Notes under the pieces: model-generated
Database searches by the model: none
What the model saw: the letters and a program-made list of their open reading frames with translations, nothing else
What the model was told of the DNA's origin: nothing
NCBI GenBank assembly: GCA_019828565.1
Contig: JAHDYR010000032.1
Location: 94,681-158,680 of the forward strand
Source: Carpediemonas membranifera BICM
Lineage: Eukaryota > Protista > Fornicata
Length of the DNA: 64,000 nt
Direction of reading: 5' to 3'
Shown here: piece by piece, positions 35,127-47,021 of the stretch
How positions within the stretch are numbered: the first letter of the stretch is position 1
Layout: the number at the start of each line of letters is the position of its first letter
Program-made: the position numbers and the translations under genes

Positions 35127-35209
35127 GTGGTTTGGAAGAGAAAGAGTTTACGAGTAAAAAGAGGTTTGGACCCTCCCAGGGATATTGGTAGATATTAATA
35201 TTGACTACA

Positions 35210-35612
35210 CCTCGAGCTTGAGGGGAGCTTTGTCCATGAGGCGCAGGTGCTCGACCTGCTCATCTGCCGGCCGGGACAGGATGAACTCGACTGGGCGCTT
35301 GGACTGGCCGCGTACGAAGGTCCCGCGGATGAGCGACAGAACGTACAGCTCAATCTTGTCCATCGTTCTCAGCTGCCTTGTCCAGACTTCATCTCTCCTT
35401 TCCCTCTCCTCTGTCGGGACTTCCTTGACCTTAACCAGCCTGCCATCCACGTTCATGACCTTCTCAGCCAGGTAGCGCTCGTAGAAGGTCGGCTTCTTGG
35501 GGTCACTCCGCTCCTTCTCAGACACAAGCTGCTGCAGGTCCTCGAAGTCGACTTGCCAAAGAAGTCTGACACAGACCTTGAGGATCCAGACTCTCTTGCA
35601 GTCTTGAACATG
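35210..35612 (-). pseudogene. Unknown ORF truncated by E6 insertion
   Basis: Charged, protein-like reading frame 35205..35525 runs straight into the E6 LTR; no family recognised. Confidence 0.35.
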
Positions 35613-35676
35613 TCCTGGGCGAACTCAATCAGCTGGGCTCTCGTAGAGCGTTAGTCATTCGACTCATGAACGTCGT

Positions 35677-35999
35677 TTTGGGGGTCGAGTCACATCTCGG
35701 CCCCGAATGAACACCCCACACTCACGCTGCACGCACGCAGCGCACTGTCAGTAAACGCACCATATGCATATACTATCCATATTCAGAGCTCGGCCGGAGT
35801 CGCCTGCTCTGTCGCATCCAGACGAGGGTCGAGTTGGGTCGACCGAGCATCGAGGCGGGCGGAGGGCGCCGGACCGCGCGCTACCGGAATACGTGGAGTG
35901 AGTATCGCTCTGCTGATTCCAGGAGCGCGCTGCCCGTTCGCGTCCGACTCGCCATTTGGGGGTCGAGTCACATCTCGGCCCTGAATGAACTGCCCACAC
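35677..35999. repeat. Two near-identical direct repeats of about 45 bp (35677-35721, 35955-35999)
   Basis: TTTGGGGGTCGAGTCACATCTCGGCCCYGAATGAAC..CCCACAC occurs twice. Confidence 0.85.
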
Positions 36000-37925
36000 G
36001 TATGCTGCAAGGGAACAGTCAGAGCAAATCGATGTGTGGAGGGGAGGGACCAGGTGTGCGCGAGGGCAGGCCGGGAGGCTAGTCCTCTGGCACACAGCGA
36101 AATCGGTCAGACCCATGTCAACCCAGACACCATCAGTCAACAGGGTGCATGAATGCATGCTTTAGAGCCCAGCCCGAAGCTATATCGGCCATCAGTATGG
36201 TTGACGACATGTTCACCTGCCTTTCGAAATCCTCTCGAGACTGCGGGTCCAAAGCTGAGCGATGCCGTCACCTCGACAACAACCATCGAATCGCTGCCGC
36301 TCTGCCATAAAGCTTGTATAGCCCTCTTACATCTGGATCCGGGCTGTTACCAGCAGGGGCACACTGGAAGTATGCGTTTGGAGTCGGCCCGATCTTCGAT
36401 CTCGACGGACATCGAACATGACGAGTAGAGGTCGGAGAGGGCTGAAACTCACATCATTACACTGTACGAGAAGCTCATACAGGATGGCTGACCCATCTTA
36501 GTCTTTAAACTCCCAACCTAAGGTTCTGGAGTCGTCGAATGACGACTCAGTTTGACTCGATCCACCGTCAGCCCGCACCCAATGGCATAACCCCATCAAC
36601 TAGGCCTGGATATAGTGCGAGTGCCCCACTAACAGCCTTGGACGCAACGTCTGCCGTCATCGAGATGGTTGTGCAGAATACGCCATCTTTTTTCACACAT
36701 CCCTTCGCGACCTCGAATAATCGCTCTCCAAGCACCTCTGCTGCTATATTTGTGTAAGATGCTCATTTAATACGTCTAGATCACGATTCCTCGCTTTCGC
36801 TCTTTCAGTTTCGGTCACTTCTTCGTGCCGAACTAAACAACATCAATCAGGTGCGCCGACGGGACCCTGGAGCGGCACAAGGTAAGTCCGCCACCATCTA
36901 ATGATGTCAAAATCCTAGCTGTGCGCCACAGCGTCTTTGGACCCGTGGTATTGCATTGGCCTCTGGCCCTTGCTGCACACCGGGACATCCGCGCCACCTT
37001 ACACGGCGCGGAACCCGGCTTCTAGCTAGGAGCGCGCGGGCGGTGTGAGACTGCCGCGCGGACATCAGATGGACCTAGGACATTGAGCCTAGATGATACA
37101 CTTGGACGACCCAGCAGCTGCTGGCGGTTGGCGAGTGTATGCGGGAGGGCAAGCCCGCGTCGTGGAGCCCCATCTGTGAGTCACACCATGGGGGGTCATT
37201 TTCGTCCATAATTTCCATTTGCCAGAATTGCCCACATGTGATGCGAGCCCGCTTTTGCCGCGCAGCTATCCAAGTGTTGACCTGGCCTCAAGGGCAAGGC
37301 GCTACCACGGCGAGCATCACACCTTTCGTCGAAGTGTCAAGGGGTTGCGGAGGTCGACGGTGATGGAATACAGTTTATTTCGAAGAGACCTGTCGGTGTC
37401 ACGAATGCAGTGTACTTGCGACTCCTCGGCGATGCGCAGCTGGGCTGTAGTTAAGGCCGAGAGTGCTATAGAACTTGTCTCCGGCCAGCCGACGCTGCGG
37501 TTCGGCTGGTTTCAACAGTGGCCCGTAAGATTGTTGACGTTGTTTCGTTTAAAATTGATCACCATGCGCCTCTTGCCTCTCTTTGGGACAGTAAAAGCCG
37601 GGCTGGCGTACGGCGGGGTTAGGGGCGTATCACAGCGCGCTGGTTAGCCACCCGACGAACCGGGCATGCCCAACACATTTCATTGATAGAGACAGTCAGG
37701 ACCAGATCTGCACGACACAACCGGTGCCACGTGGTTGACCTTCGTCTTCATCTTTATAACCATCACCCTGACCCTTGGTCTCGTCTCGCTGAATCAGCCT
37801 CGCCAAAGTCGAGCCAATCAGCAGCGCGCCGGGGTCCGATACTCACGTCTCACACCTGCACACGCACACTATGTGAGTTGACCTTCGTGGACCAGCGACG
37901 ATTTCACGACAGAACAACTAAATTG

Positions 37926-38852
37926 ATGGCAGCACGCATTGGAGATGCTCGTTTGAGCTCAATTATTACGGATGGGGATGATGGAGACATCGTTCTTATC
38001 GGATTCCCTTTCGATGAGGGATGCACGAGGAACGGCGGCCGTCCTGGCGCCCAAGGCGGCCCAGAGGCCTTTAGAACGATGCTGAAGAAGACAGGACCAA
38101 CTATTGATCCCCGAACTGGCACAGATATCAGCCGTCTCCGCATCACCGACGCTGGTGATGCAACCAGCAACGACGGCACACTCGAGAGTGCGCACGCCTC
38201 GCTCGAGCGCATGGTCCGTTCTGTAGTTGAGAAGGGCGGCATCCCATTCGTCATTGGTGGCGGCAACGACCAGTCATTCCCCAACGGCCGCGGCTTCCTC
38301 CAGGGCCGCGGCGAGGATATGTCTCGGGGCTTCACAGTTGTCAACATCGATGCCCACTTCGACGTCCGGCCTCTAGAAGACGGAAAGGTACACAGCGGGA
38401 GCCCTTTCCGCTGTCTGGCGGAGTGCTACGAGTTCAAGGAGGCACAGGGCAGACTTGTTGAGTTCGCGGCCCAGTCGTGGCAGTGCTCGGCTGCCCATGC
38501 CGAGTTCATCCGTGGGGTGGGTGGTGAGATCCGGTGGTTCGACGACATCCACGCTGATCCTCTCAGTAGCTTCAAAGATGTCGTCGACACAGCGCAGACC
38601 CACGGAGATCTTTTTGTATCATTCGATATTGATTCGATCCAATCATCTGATTGCCCTGGCGTCTCGTGCCCCGCTCCCACCGGCCTGACGGCATGGGATG
38701 CCTTGAGGATGTGCCGTATCGCCGGACAGACCAAATGCGTGCGGGTTGTTGATATGAGCGAGTTCAACCCAGCCGTGGAGTCGTATAGGACCAGTAAGCT
38801 GACTGCTGCCATGTTTTACCAGTTCGTGCTCGGTGTGGCCGAGCGGAAGTGA
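37926..38852 (+). CDS. hutG: Ureohydrolase (arginase family), most like formimidoylglutamase
   Basis: GFPFDEG..RNGGRPGA..GP, GGGND, NIDAHFD, SFDIDSI, PGVS.P, SEFNP motifs. Confidence 0.85.
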   Translation: MAARIGDARLSSIITDGDDGDIVLIGFPFDEGCTRNGGRPGAQGGPEAFRTMLKKTGPTIDPRTGTDISRLRITDAGDATSNDGTLESAHASLERMVRSVVEKGGIPFVIGGGNDQSFPNGRGFLQGRGEDMSRGFTVVNIDAHFDVRPLEDGKVHSGSPFRCLAECYEFKEAQGRLVEFAAQSWQCSAAHAEFIRGVGGEIRWFDDIHADPLSSFKDVVDTAQTHGDLFVSFDIDSIQSSDCPGVSCPAPTGLTAWDALRMCRIAGQTKCVRVVDMSEFNPAVESYRTSKLTAAMFYQFVLGVAERK

Positions 38853-38993
38853 GATAAACTGCACATTTGCAAATAAGCTCTCTATTAACTCATTGACCGT
38901 TGTATCAGGGGCTGCTCGACACTGGTCTGGGCGTTCGGAGTCCTCGAGTCACAGTCGGCGAGTCGCGAAATTTCTTCAAATTCTGGCGAAGCG

Positions 38994-40202
38994 ATGGATC
39001 GCTCTCCTGAGCAAACTGAAGCTCTTGCGTTGTCAATGAAGTATTTAGCGGATGATAATGTTCAATCCACGCCAACAAAGGAGCGCTACAAGGAATCGCT
39101 CACGAGCAGCATCGTTCATGCCAAATCTGCTGCGCCCGTTGCTCCTGAGTCCTGGAACGCCCACATGCGCTCTTTAGGCCACTCTAACTCCCAGATCCAG
39201 AAGGAACTGAGCCGTCCGATCAGCAAGGCCCCCATCCGCTCCCTCGACGCCCCCGAGGCCGTGGATGACTTCTACTCGCACACTCTCGACTGGAGCAGCA
39301 AGAACGTCATCGCAGTAGCCCTTGGCCCCTCTGTTTACCTGTACAACGCGGAGACTTGCGACGTCGACTCGTTTATGACGCTTGACAACGGCGCCAACGT
39401 CTCGTCTCTTCGCTGGATCCAGGGCGGCCAGTACCTCGCCATTGGCTCCGATGACTCCGAGCTTAAGATGTGGGACGTCAAGAAGGGTCGCGCCGTCCGC
39501 TCGCTGTCTGGCCACAGCTCTAAGATCACGGCGCTCTCCTGGAACAAGTACATCCTCAGCTCCGGCAGCGAAGAGGGCCTGCTTTATGACTCGGACGTGC
39601 GGGCAAGAGAGCACCGCGTGCTTGACCGCGACGGCCACTCCCAGGCCATCACGGGGCTGGCGTGGTCGCCCGACGGGCAGACGCTGGCCTCGGGCAGCAA
39701 CGACAACACAGTCATGCTCTGGTCAGCGAACAACGAGCCTAAGGTGCTCAACGAGCATGTCGCCGGTGTTCGCGCACTTGCCTGGGCCCCGCGGCGAAAC
39801 GTCCTTGCCACCGGCGGAGGTAACGGTGACAACACCATCAAGATCTGGAACACGTCCGCCGATCACCACGTGATGGACACGATCCACACCGACTCACAGG
39901 TCTGCTCTCTTCAGTGGGGCAGGCACCACGACGAGATCCTCTCCACCCACGGCTACAGCTCCAACTCGATCCGGCTCTGGAAGTACCCCAGCAACATCCA
40001 GATGTGCGACCTTCGCTCCCACACGTCCCGCGTGCTGCATTCTTCTGTTTCCCCTGACGGTCGAACTGTCTGCACGATGGGTGGCGAGCGGCTGTACTTC
40101 TGGGACATGTGGGCCCAGGGGGACAGCAAGGGCGGGTCTCGGACTCTGGGAAACACGTCCCATAGCAACAGGGGGTTCATGAGGGGTCTCGACATGCGGT
40201 AG
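38994..40202 (+). CDS. CDC20: Cdc20/Fizzy-family APC/C activator (WD40)
   Basis: LDAP..VDDFY...LDWS..N.IAVALG..VYL, LATGGG..D..IKIWN, SQVCSLQW, STHGY, H..RVL; C-terminal MR in place of the IR tail. Confidence 0.92.
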   Translation: MDRSPEQTEALALSMKYLADDNVQSTPTKERYKESLTSSIVHAKSAAPVAPESWNAHMRSLGHSNSQIQKELSRPISKAPIRSLDAPEAVDDFYSHTLDWSSKNVIAVALGPSVYLYNAETCDVDSFMTLDNGANVSSLRWIQGGQYLAIGSDDSELKMWDVKKGRAVRSLSGHSSKITALSWNKYILSSGSEEGLLYDSDVRAREHRVLDRDGHSQAITGLAWSPDGQTLASGSNDNTVMLWSANNEPKVLNEHVAGVRALAWAPRRNVLATGGGNGDNTIKIWNTSADHHVMDTIHTDSQVCSLQWGRHHDEILSTHGYSSNSIRLWKYPSNIQMCDLRSHTSRVLHSSVSPDGRTVCTMGGERLYFWDMWAQGDSKGGSRTLGNTSHSNRGFMRGLDMR

Positions 40203-40741
40203 CAGCCCATTCTTGCAGCTTGGGCGGTAAATTTATCCATTACGAGGGGTCCTTATGTGGGCCAGGGCGCAGGGATCTGCTAGACCACAGGATCAGAGCC
40301 ATCGCACGACACCAGCGCTTGGGTGCAGGCTTTTTGTTTTGATGCCGGGTCAATCAACGTGACCAATGTGCAATCTTGGCTCCAGCAAAAACAGGGGAAA
40401 CAGCGAAGTCGAGGTCAAAATGCAGTAAGAAAGGCACGGAGGCTCTTCTACCAATCCACGGAGATGTTACACACACAGGAATCGCTCGAATCTCCGGATA
40501 CGACTTGATTGACTCCTTCGCTCTCGGCCATTGGGGCCTTCCCGGGGCACCTCGACCTTTGCTCCGATACACACCCACTCTGGATTGTCTGGAACAGGCC
40601 AGTGGGGGGACTGGGTTGGTCTAACGTGGTCCTGATACGGTTTCAACCGGGGAAGATCAAGGGGGTATTCAGTTGAGTTGAAGACGCTGAAACGCGCTTT
40701 TTTCCAATCGAAAGCACAATATTGCGCTGTAGTTAGTCGCT

Positions 40742-42269
40742 ATGATGTCATTTAGCTCGCTTGTTTCGCTTTTGGGCGAAGTTCTTTGGTCCACGATGAA
40801 GAGCGCGATCCCTCTTCTCTTCTTGATTGGTACGTCCTTCTATCAGCAACAAATCCCGCCTCTTATCACCTGAAACCTACATTTCCCGCTCCGGCGCTCA
40901 TGGCGGCGTTGCCCATCATCAACCTTACCCAGCGCTAGGCTTCTACTTTGGCAAGTCAGGCCGCATGGGGGCCAAGCACGTCGAACACCTCAATCAGTAC
41001 GTGTTCAAGATCGCTCTCGTCACCATCGGGTTCGCCAATGTGCTCCAGTCGGACCCGTTCACCTTCCCCGACCTCATATTCATCTTTGACGCCGCCCTAT
41101 GCACCGTGTTCAACCTATTCGCAGCCATCCCATTCACCCTGATCCAGCCCAAGCGGGACCGCACCCTCTCCTTCTACGCGATGACTGTTATGATGTCCAC
41201 GTGGCCAAACTCGATCATCGTGGGCCAACCCGTGCTCCAAGCTATCAAAGGAGAGGCTGTGGCGGTACACTACCCTATTTTGTACGTTGTGTCTAACATG
41301 CTGTTCAGCATTCCCCTTTTCCAGACTCTGTACAACGCCCTGCTCCCAACCGAGAAGTTCCTCAACGAACGCAAGTCTCAGAAGCTGGCTGAAAAGGCCA
41401 TGACCGACCCAGAGTCTGGCATGATCACTACCGCCTGCCCCACGACATGCAACTCCGACTCCGAGGTCGAATCCGTGGCCTCGGGTGTCCTCGGCCTGCA
41501 GTCCATCCCAGTCAGCACAAACCCGAGCAGACGCAACAGCATGCCCCACCTCCCATCGGTGGACGACGAGGTCTACCCTGCCATGCATCACTCGGACGCG
41601 GTCGAGCCGCACACCCCGGCCGAGCCCACGGACTGGGATCATCGCCCAGATCACTCGAACATGGTGCCCGAGCCCATTGGGCAGACCGACTCCGACTCTG
41701 ACCATGGGCCCTGTGAGGGTGAGGTCCCCGCCCCCGACGAGGCTGCCGTGACAGTGGTCGCACCCCAGCCGACCCCGCTCCTCCTCAGGGCCGCCAAGGT
41801 GGTCTGGCACTTCACACTGCACACGTACATCCTCAACCCGTTTGTCATCATGATGTTGGTCGGGCTGATCTGGAAGATATCGACCGTTCCAGTCCCGTAT
41901 CTCGTGCTCACTCCGGCCAAGTGGCTCGCTGGCACATGTACGCCGGTCGGCATGTTCACCATTGGCGTCTTTGTGGCCATCAACCCCATCGAGCTTCACA
42001 TCAGAACATCTGTCCTCTTTTTGTTCATGAGACAAATCCTCACCCCAATATTCATGACTGTCCTCGTCCTCATCACGGGGTTGAGTGGCGAGAGAGCGAT
42101 TGCGGCAATCATCTCTGCTTCCATGCCGGTCGCCCTCAATGCCTTTACCTTCAGCAAGCAGTATGAGAACAGAACCGAGAACGTCCCGCCCGTTGTGGTG
42201 GGGTCGATCTTCCTCATGATCCCAGTGTTCTCCTTCATCTTCGCTATGGAGGAGATTCTTGTCGTGTAG
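40742..42269 (+). CDS. PIN-like / auxin-efflux-carrier family membrane transporter (intron 40830-40932)
   Basis: Two hydrophobic halves around a long hydrophilic loop; WPNSIIVGQPVL, NPF...LVGLIW, GMFTIGVFVA, AIISASMP.A...F.FSKQY. The intron joins exon 1 in frame. Confidence 0.85.
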
Positions 42270-43116
42270 CCCACGTTATCGAGCCGAAGTCAGAGAAATG
42301 GCTTGGTCGGCTCATCGGATAAAGTTATTCTATGTTTTATTGATGGGATGGACTGACTGTGTTGAGTGGCGATGCTACTTGTGTTCACCCTTTGACACCA
42401 TTCCCATCTGTGCATTTTAAGTTTTTTTTTACACAAAAAAAGTTTGACCTTGCACAGGGCTTAATGCTGGAGAAGAAGACTCTTTTCAGAGGATTCCCAG
42501 TGTTTCGCTAATCGCAAACTATACTTTCACACGTTCCTCGTTTCTTAGGAGACGTTGACAATTTTTTCGGGCCTTGCGCCTAATCTAAGCAATATCAGAC
42601 GACAGAAGCCATATTCCCACATTGAATGGACTGATACATGGATATATACCAATAAACTATGCGTCAACACCTTTTTAGCTCCCTGTTCTGGGATCACCAG
42701 TACCAGCCCTCCTTACACAACTGGCGTCCAAATCTAGGCATGCTCCGCCTGTCAGCCTGTGGACCGGGGTGGGCGACAGGTGGAGCGACTGCACTACGAT
42801 CTCGACCTGAGCGGGCGAGACTGGCCCGGAGCGGCCGGAGACAGATATTGATCGGCACCACAACTTGGGTCCTCTCGTCGCTGCTGGCCGATCGAACTGA
42901 CCGTCTTCCTTGCTACCAGCCAGTATGAGACAACGACAGCCATGGGCGTGTTGTGCTGCCTGCAGGCTCTGTGCCATCATTGCCAGCATGTTGGCTGATG
43001 GTACCCCCTCAGCGAGGTCTGGGTCAGCCACTGCAGCAGCAAAAAAATCAAACACGCGTTACGTCCCTTGGTCCTCAACTCGGAGGTTTTGCCAGAAAAG
43101 ACCACACTCTCTGTCC

Positions 43117-44871
43117 ATGTCCTACGGCACATTAACAAACGCCAATCTGCAACTTTTGGATGTTTCTGGGTTCGTTGAGCGCTACCGGCACGTCAAAATA
43201 ACACAAAAGATTGTTTTCGAAGGATCAGACAAGGAGCGGCTCCAAGTGCTCTATTTCCTCATGTACAAGCTTGAATCGAAGCGTGCTATCACTATCTTCT
43301 CCGAACACTTTGCCTCTCCTTCTTCGCATCATGCACTGACCACTCTCCGCCGCCATGTCCATAGCTACCTCACAGAGCTTGCTTCCCAAGCCAAGCTCGG
43401 TCAAATCAAGCGACACGAACCTCTGGCTGGTTCTGACGGCCTCATTCTTCTCCTGCGGCTCTCGACCTTCGTCCTCCGCACCGTCAGCAAGGCCCGCCCG
43501 CCCAAGGTCACCCTAGCCGACGACACACGGCGCCGCCACGTCATCGCCGCACATATCGCACAGCGGAACAAGGAGATAGTCGCCATCATCTCCCGCCAGG
43601 CTGCCATGGAGCAGGGTAAGGTCAAAGTCCTCACCGCGCCGTGCCCAGCCCCGCCCACGGTCCCACAGCTCCCCCCGAGAGTCAAGGCGTTCAGGGACGT
43701 GGTTAGGGCGATGGAAAGGGTCGCCCCGCCCCCAGCTCCAGTCCCAGTGGTGGACGTTGATGTCCCCACTCGACTGAAAGAGGTGCTCGCACTAGTCGGG
43801 GAGCAGAGGTCCCGGGGCGCTGATTTCAAGGGAATCGTTCAGGCAGGGGAGAAGAAACCACCGGTCGCGACGATAGACAGTAAGACCGTCGCCGAGACCG
43901 AGGCTACCCTTCGATCTGTGATCAAACTACTCAGGACTCAGAAGCAGCAGCCTGGCACCATGGCCACCCCAGAACTTGGCACACCACAGGATAGGACGCA
44001 CCCCCTCCTGCCCGACCTGCTCAAGACCATCACTCGCCGCATGCCCGCCACGCCCTATGCCGCCGCCCGGTCGTCTATCATATCGGCCGCGCTGGCAACC
44101 CCAGCCAAAGTAACGACGACAGCCCGACCTATCGCTGCCAAGCCGCTGAACCTGGACTCGTGGGACCAGCTTGCACCCTCGACCGTGTTTGCTGACCAGG
44201 AGCAGTCTGAGGGTTCGTCGATTGAATTTGAAGATATTGAAGATATTGAGCAGAGATCTGAAGATTTGACCTCGAAACCCTCTGAATCTGATGTTGAGGA
44301 GGAGGAGCTTTTGTCTGTGGCCGTTGAGCCATCTGCTCCCATGATTGATAGAGATGCCAGCACTGTACAAGGCGGGTCGATACAGCTCAGTATCCCAGAA
44401 AATCACAGTATCGCCTCCATATCTGAAGATTCAGATTCAGAAATTGACGATGTTGAGAGTCCGCCCGAGCTTGAAGGATCAGAGACCGGCTCCGAGCTTG
44501 AGGCCATGGAGCAGCATGTCTCGGTGTCACAAGTCGCCGGTCCTCTCCCCAACCCCACTGTGCGACTGGGGGCCGTGGATGACGTCGACACGGCCCTCTT
44601 TGATGGATCCGGTGATGATGAGCTCGTCGATGACGATGATGATGTGACTCACGGCACTCAGGACGATGACACTGACCTGGACGACGTGGAGGTGGACGAG
44701 GATGGGACCGGCCTGGGCGATGAGGAGCTGGCCAACCCGTCCGAGCACGTGCTGCTCACACCGACGGCACCCAACTTCTTTGACACGATTGTGATTGGAG
44801 ACCAGCTGCCCCAGCCCAGCCCTGGATTGGCGTTGCTGCAGCAGATTCGACATGACATTGGGTTGGTGTAA
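43117..44871 (+). CDS. Hypothetical protein; N-terminus resembles HAUS6/Dgt6 (augmin subunit 6), acidic disordered C-terminus
   Basis: Long ORF. The pattern NL.LL / VLYFL..KLE / LRR....L.EL / G....LLLRLS.FVL recalls the HAUS6 N-terminal domain (recognised by eye only). Confidence 0.55.
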   Translation: MSYGTLTNANLQLLDVSGFVERYRHVKITQKIVFEGSDKERLQVLYFLMYKLESKRAITIFSEHFASPSSHHALTTLRRHVHSYLTELASQAKLGQIKRHEPLAGSDGLILLLRLSTFVLRTVSKARPPKVTLADDTRRRHVIAAHIAQRNKEIVAIISRQAAMEQGKVKVLTAPCPAPPTVPQLPPRVKAFRDVVRAMERVAPPPAPVPVVDVDVPTRLKEVLALVGEQRSRGADFKGIVQAGEKKPPVATIDSKTVAETEATLRSVIKLLRTQKQQPGTMATPELGTPQDRTHPLLPDLLKTITRRMPATPYAAARSSIISAALATPAKVTTTARPIAAKPLNLDSWDQLAPSTVFADQEQSEGSSIEFEDIEDIEQRSEDLTSKPSESDVEEEELLSVAVEPSAPMIDRDASTVQGGSIQLSIPENHSIASISEDSDSEIDDVESPPELEGSETGSELEAMEQHVSVSQVAGPLPNPTVRLGAVDDVDTALFDGSGDDELVDDDDDVTHGTQDDDTDLDDVEVDEDGTGLGDEELANPSEHVLLTPTAPNFFDTIVIGDQLPQPSPGLALLQQIRHDIGLV

Positions 44872-44915
44872 AGGCTGGGCCCCTGAAGAAGTCGGCGTGT
44901 GCGTCCGTGATCATG

Positions 44916-45632
44916 CTAACCACGGCACACAATTTGTCTTCGAATTGCATGTATTGCAGCAAAAACGTTCCAGACGGATACATCAAAGAGCCTCTGAAAC
45001 AGGCAACAGGGGTTTCTACCTTACCTTACCGCATTGGAGCCATCGACCCGGGAGAGGTTGTCAACCACATCAGGGTGGGGATCGAGGGTTTTCCCTGCGA
45101 TGAGCCTGCCCACGGCCTCAAAGGCACAGTCACCTCGGGTGTTGGCGCTTCCATTCATCTCGCTCTCCCGCGATGTGCGGTCATCGCTGGGGCTGGCGCC
45201 GCCTAACAGCGGCACGCACATGCCGGGGGATTCATCCGCGACCATGGCCGTGTCCGACGAGCCGACCTGGTTGTCAGCGGTGCCGGAGGGGGAGATCTCG
45301 GGCTCCGGGATGGCCGCCCGGGACCTCGGGGGCCGGCGGGCAGGGTTCTTGGCCGGGCGTGCGCCAACTTGCTTGACCTTGCGGGCGCTTTTGCCCGAGG
45401 CAGGCTTGCTCGCGAGCCGGGTGGGGGTTGCTACGTGCTTCCGTCCGTGGCGGGGCCGTGCTGTGACCGGAGGGTTGGCCTGACGGCAGGGCGGCGGGGC
45501 GAGCACCACGGATATGGCGCGAGTCGGCGGTGCAGAAGCGGCAGCTCCGCCTGCGGACTGCACCCTCGTTTGGGCGGCCTTAGGCGGTTTCGGGCCCTGG
45601 GGACCCCGGGGACAGGCGACTTTCTCTCCCAT
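44916..45632 (-). CDS. Hypothetical low-complexity basic protein (probable intron 44994-45029)
   Basis: ORF fills the space between neighbours; GTAAGG...TTTCAG 36-nt intron gives an in-frame terminal exon. Confidence 0.4.
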
Positions 45633-45667
45633 GATAAATCGTAAATTCATTAAGATGAAGTGGCGAT

Positions 45668-46730
45668 ATGTCAAGTTTAGAGCAAAAGAAGGTTGAGAGG
45701 AAGCTCAAGAAGCTCAGAGAGAAGGTTGAGAATAAGACTTGCTTTGATTGCACGCAGCCAGCGCCGACCTACGTCTGCATGGACTTCGGAACTTTCGTTT
45801 GCACCAAATGCTCTGGAATTCAGTACGTTGCCGCCGTTATTCTCATCTAGCCGTGAAAAGAACCGTGTTGTGAAGTCTGTTTCGATGGCACTTTTCACAA
45901 TGGAGGAAGTTGATGCCATCACTGGCAATGGCGCCGCCGAACAGAAATGGCTCAAGGCCTGGACGCCCGAGGACCACAAGAAGCCCTCACCCGCCAACCC
46001 GGGCCAGGTACGGGAGTTCATGAGGCTGAAGTACGAGGTCAAGCGCTGGGCCCAAGCCGCCCCGACACAACCGACGCCCCAGCCCGCCAAACCCGTCCCT
46101 CTGAAGCCCACGGTTCATGACGTCCCCAAGCTGGAGCAGAGCGACACCAAGCAGGACCTGATGAACCTGTTCGGCGATTCCAAGCCCGCTGCCGCCCCTG
46201 CGCCTGAGGACCCATTTGGTACCTTCTTCGACCAGAAGCCCGCCCAGCCACAGTCCCAGGCCCAGGCCCAGACTCCTCAGAACGATCCGTTCGACGCCTT
46301 CGCCAAGCCAGCTTCCGTCGCCCCTGCTCGCACCATCGCCCCAGCACCAGCACCAGCCCCGGCACCCAAGCCCGTGGACCCTCTCGCCGACCTCTTCGGC
46401 CCGCCAGTCACCCACACACCCGCCCAGCAGCCCCATCCCCAGCAATGTCATGCCCCGCCCAGACAGACGGACCCCTTCGCCTCTGAGTTCACCCAACCCG
46501 CGGCCCCCGCTCCGGCCCCGGCCGCACACGCCCATAGTTCTACACTCGACGACCTGTTCGCCACCCCCAGCCCAGCCCAGCCGGTGCACCAGCCGGCCGC
46601 CCAGCACAACCCCTTCGCCGGCCAGGAGTTTACCTTTGATAACTCCCCCGCACCTGCGGCCTCTCAAGCTAGGGCTACCAACCCTTTCGACGACCTCTCT
46701 GATGCCGTCAACAGCATGATGTTCCACTGA
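45668..46730 (+). CDS. ArfGAP-domain protein (AGFG-like) with DPF/NPF motifs (intron 45823-45850)
   Basis: NKTCFDC...PTYVC.DFGTFVC..CSGIHRE after splicing a 28-nt intron; KYE.KRW. Confidence 0.92.
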
Positions 46731-46830
46731 GTCTGGAAGCGTGTCTTGGTGTCACATCAAGGCACGGGTAATTGGGTGCTAATGTAAATTACGTTCTTCT
46801 GCGATGATAGTTGGGCAATCAACATCATTC

Positions 46831-46865
46831 CTTAGCTTACCTTACCTTACCTTACCTTACCTTAG
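46831..46865. repeat. Pentanucleotide tandem repeat (CTTAC)5 flanked by CTTAG
   Basis: Read directly. Confidence 0.85.
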
Positions 46866-47021
46866 CTGCCCGTCTGCCGTCAAAGTTGAAAGGCCGACTC
46901 CCGGCCAGGCTCTTGCGGGCTGGGCAAACACTGATAGCAACTGTGTGTTCCGCCCTTGAGGAGGAACCCAGCAGCGAGAGAGTCAATTTTGCAAGATCGA
47001 ATCGAATCTGGAGTCGAGAGC

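Larger units (their letters stand above)
29300..35209 (-). mobile_element. E6: Ty3/Gypsy chromovirus-like element with antisense accessory gene; 3' LTR not found (left boundary approximate)
   Basis: 5' LTR about 35126-35209 (84 bp, TGTAG...CCACA in element sense), gag-pol, organisation parallel to E7. Confidence 0.87.

Noticed and set aside
36100-37900. Protein-coding gene(s) between the left cluster and hutG, and at 42400-43060
   Set aside because: Only short ORFs without recognisable motifs; no consistent exon model could be supported.
46831-46865. Interstitial telomeric repeat
   Set aside because: Only five units and the host telomere motif is unknown; recorded as a simple repeat.
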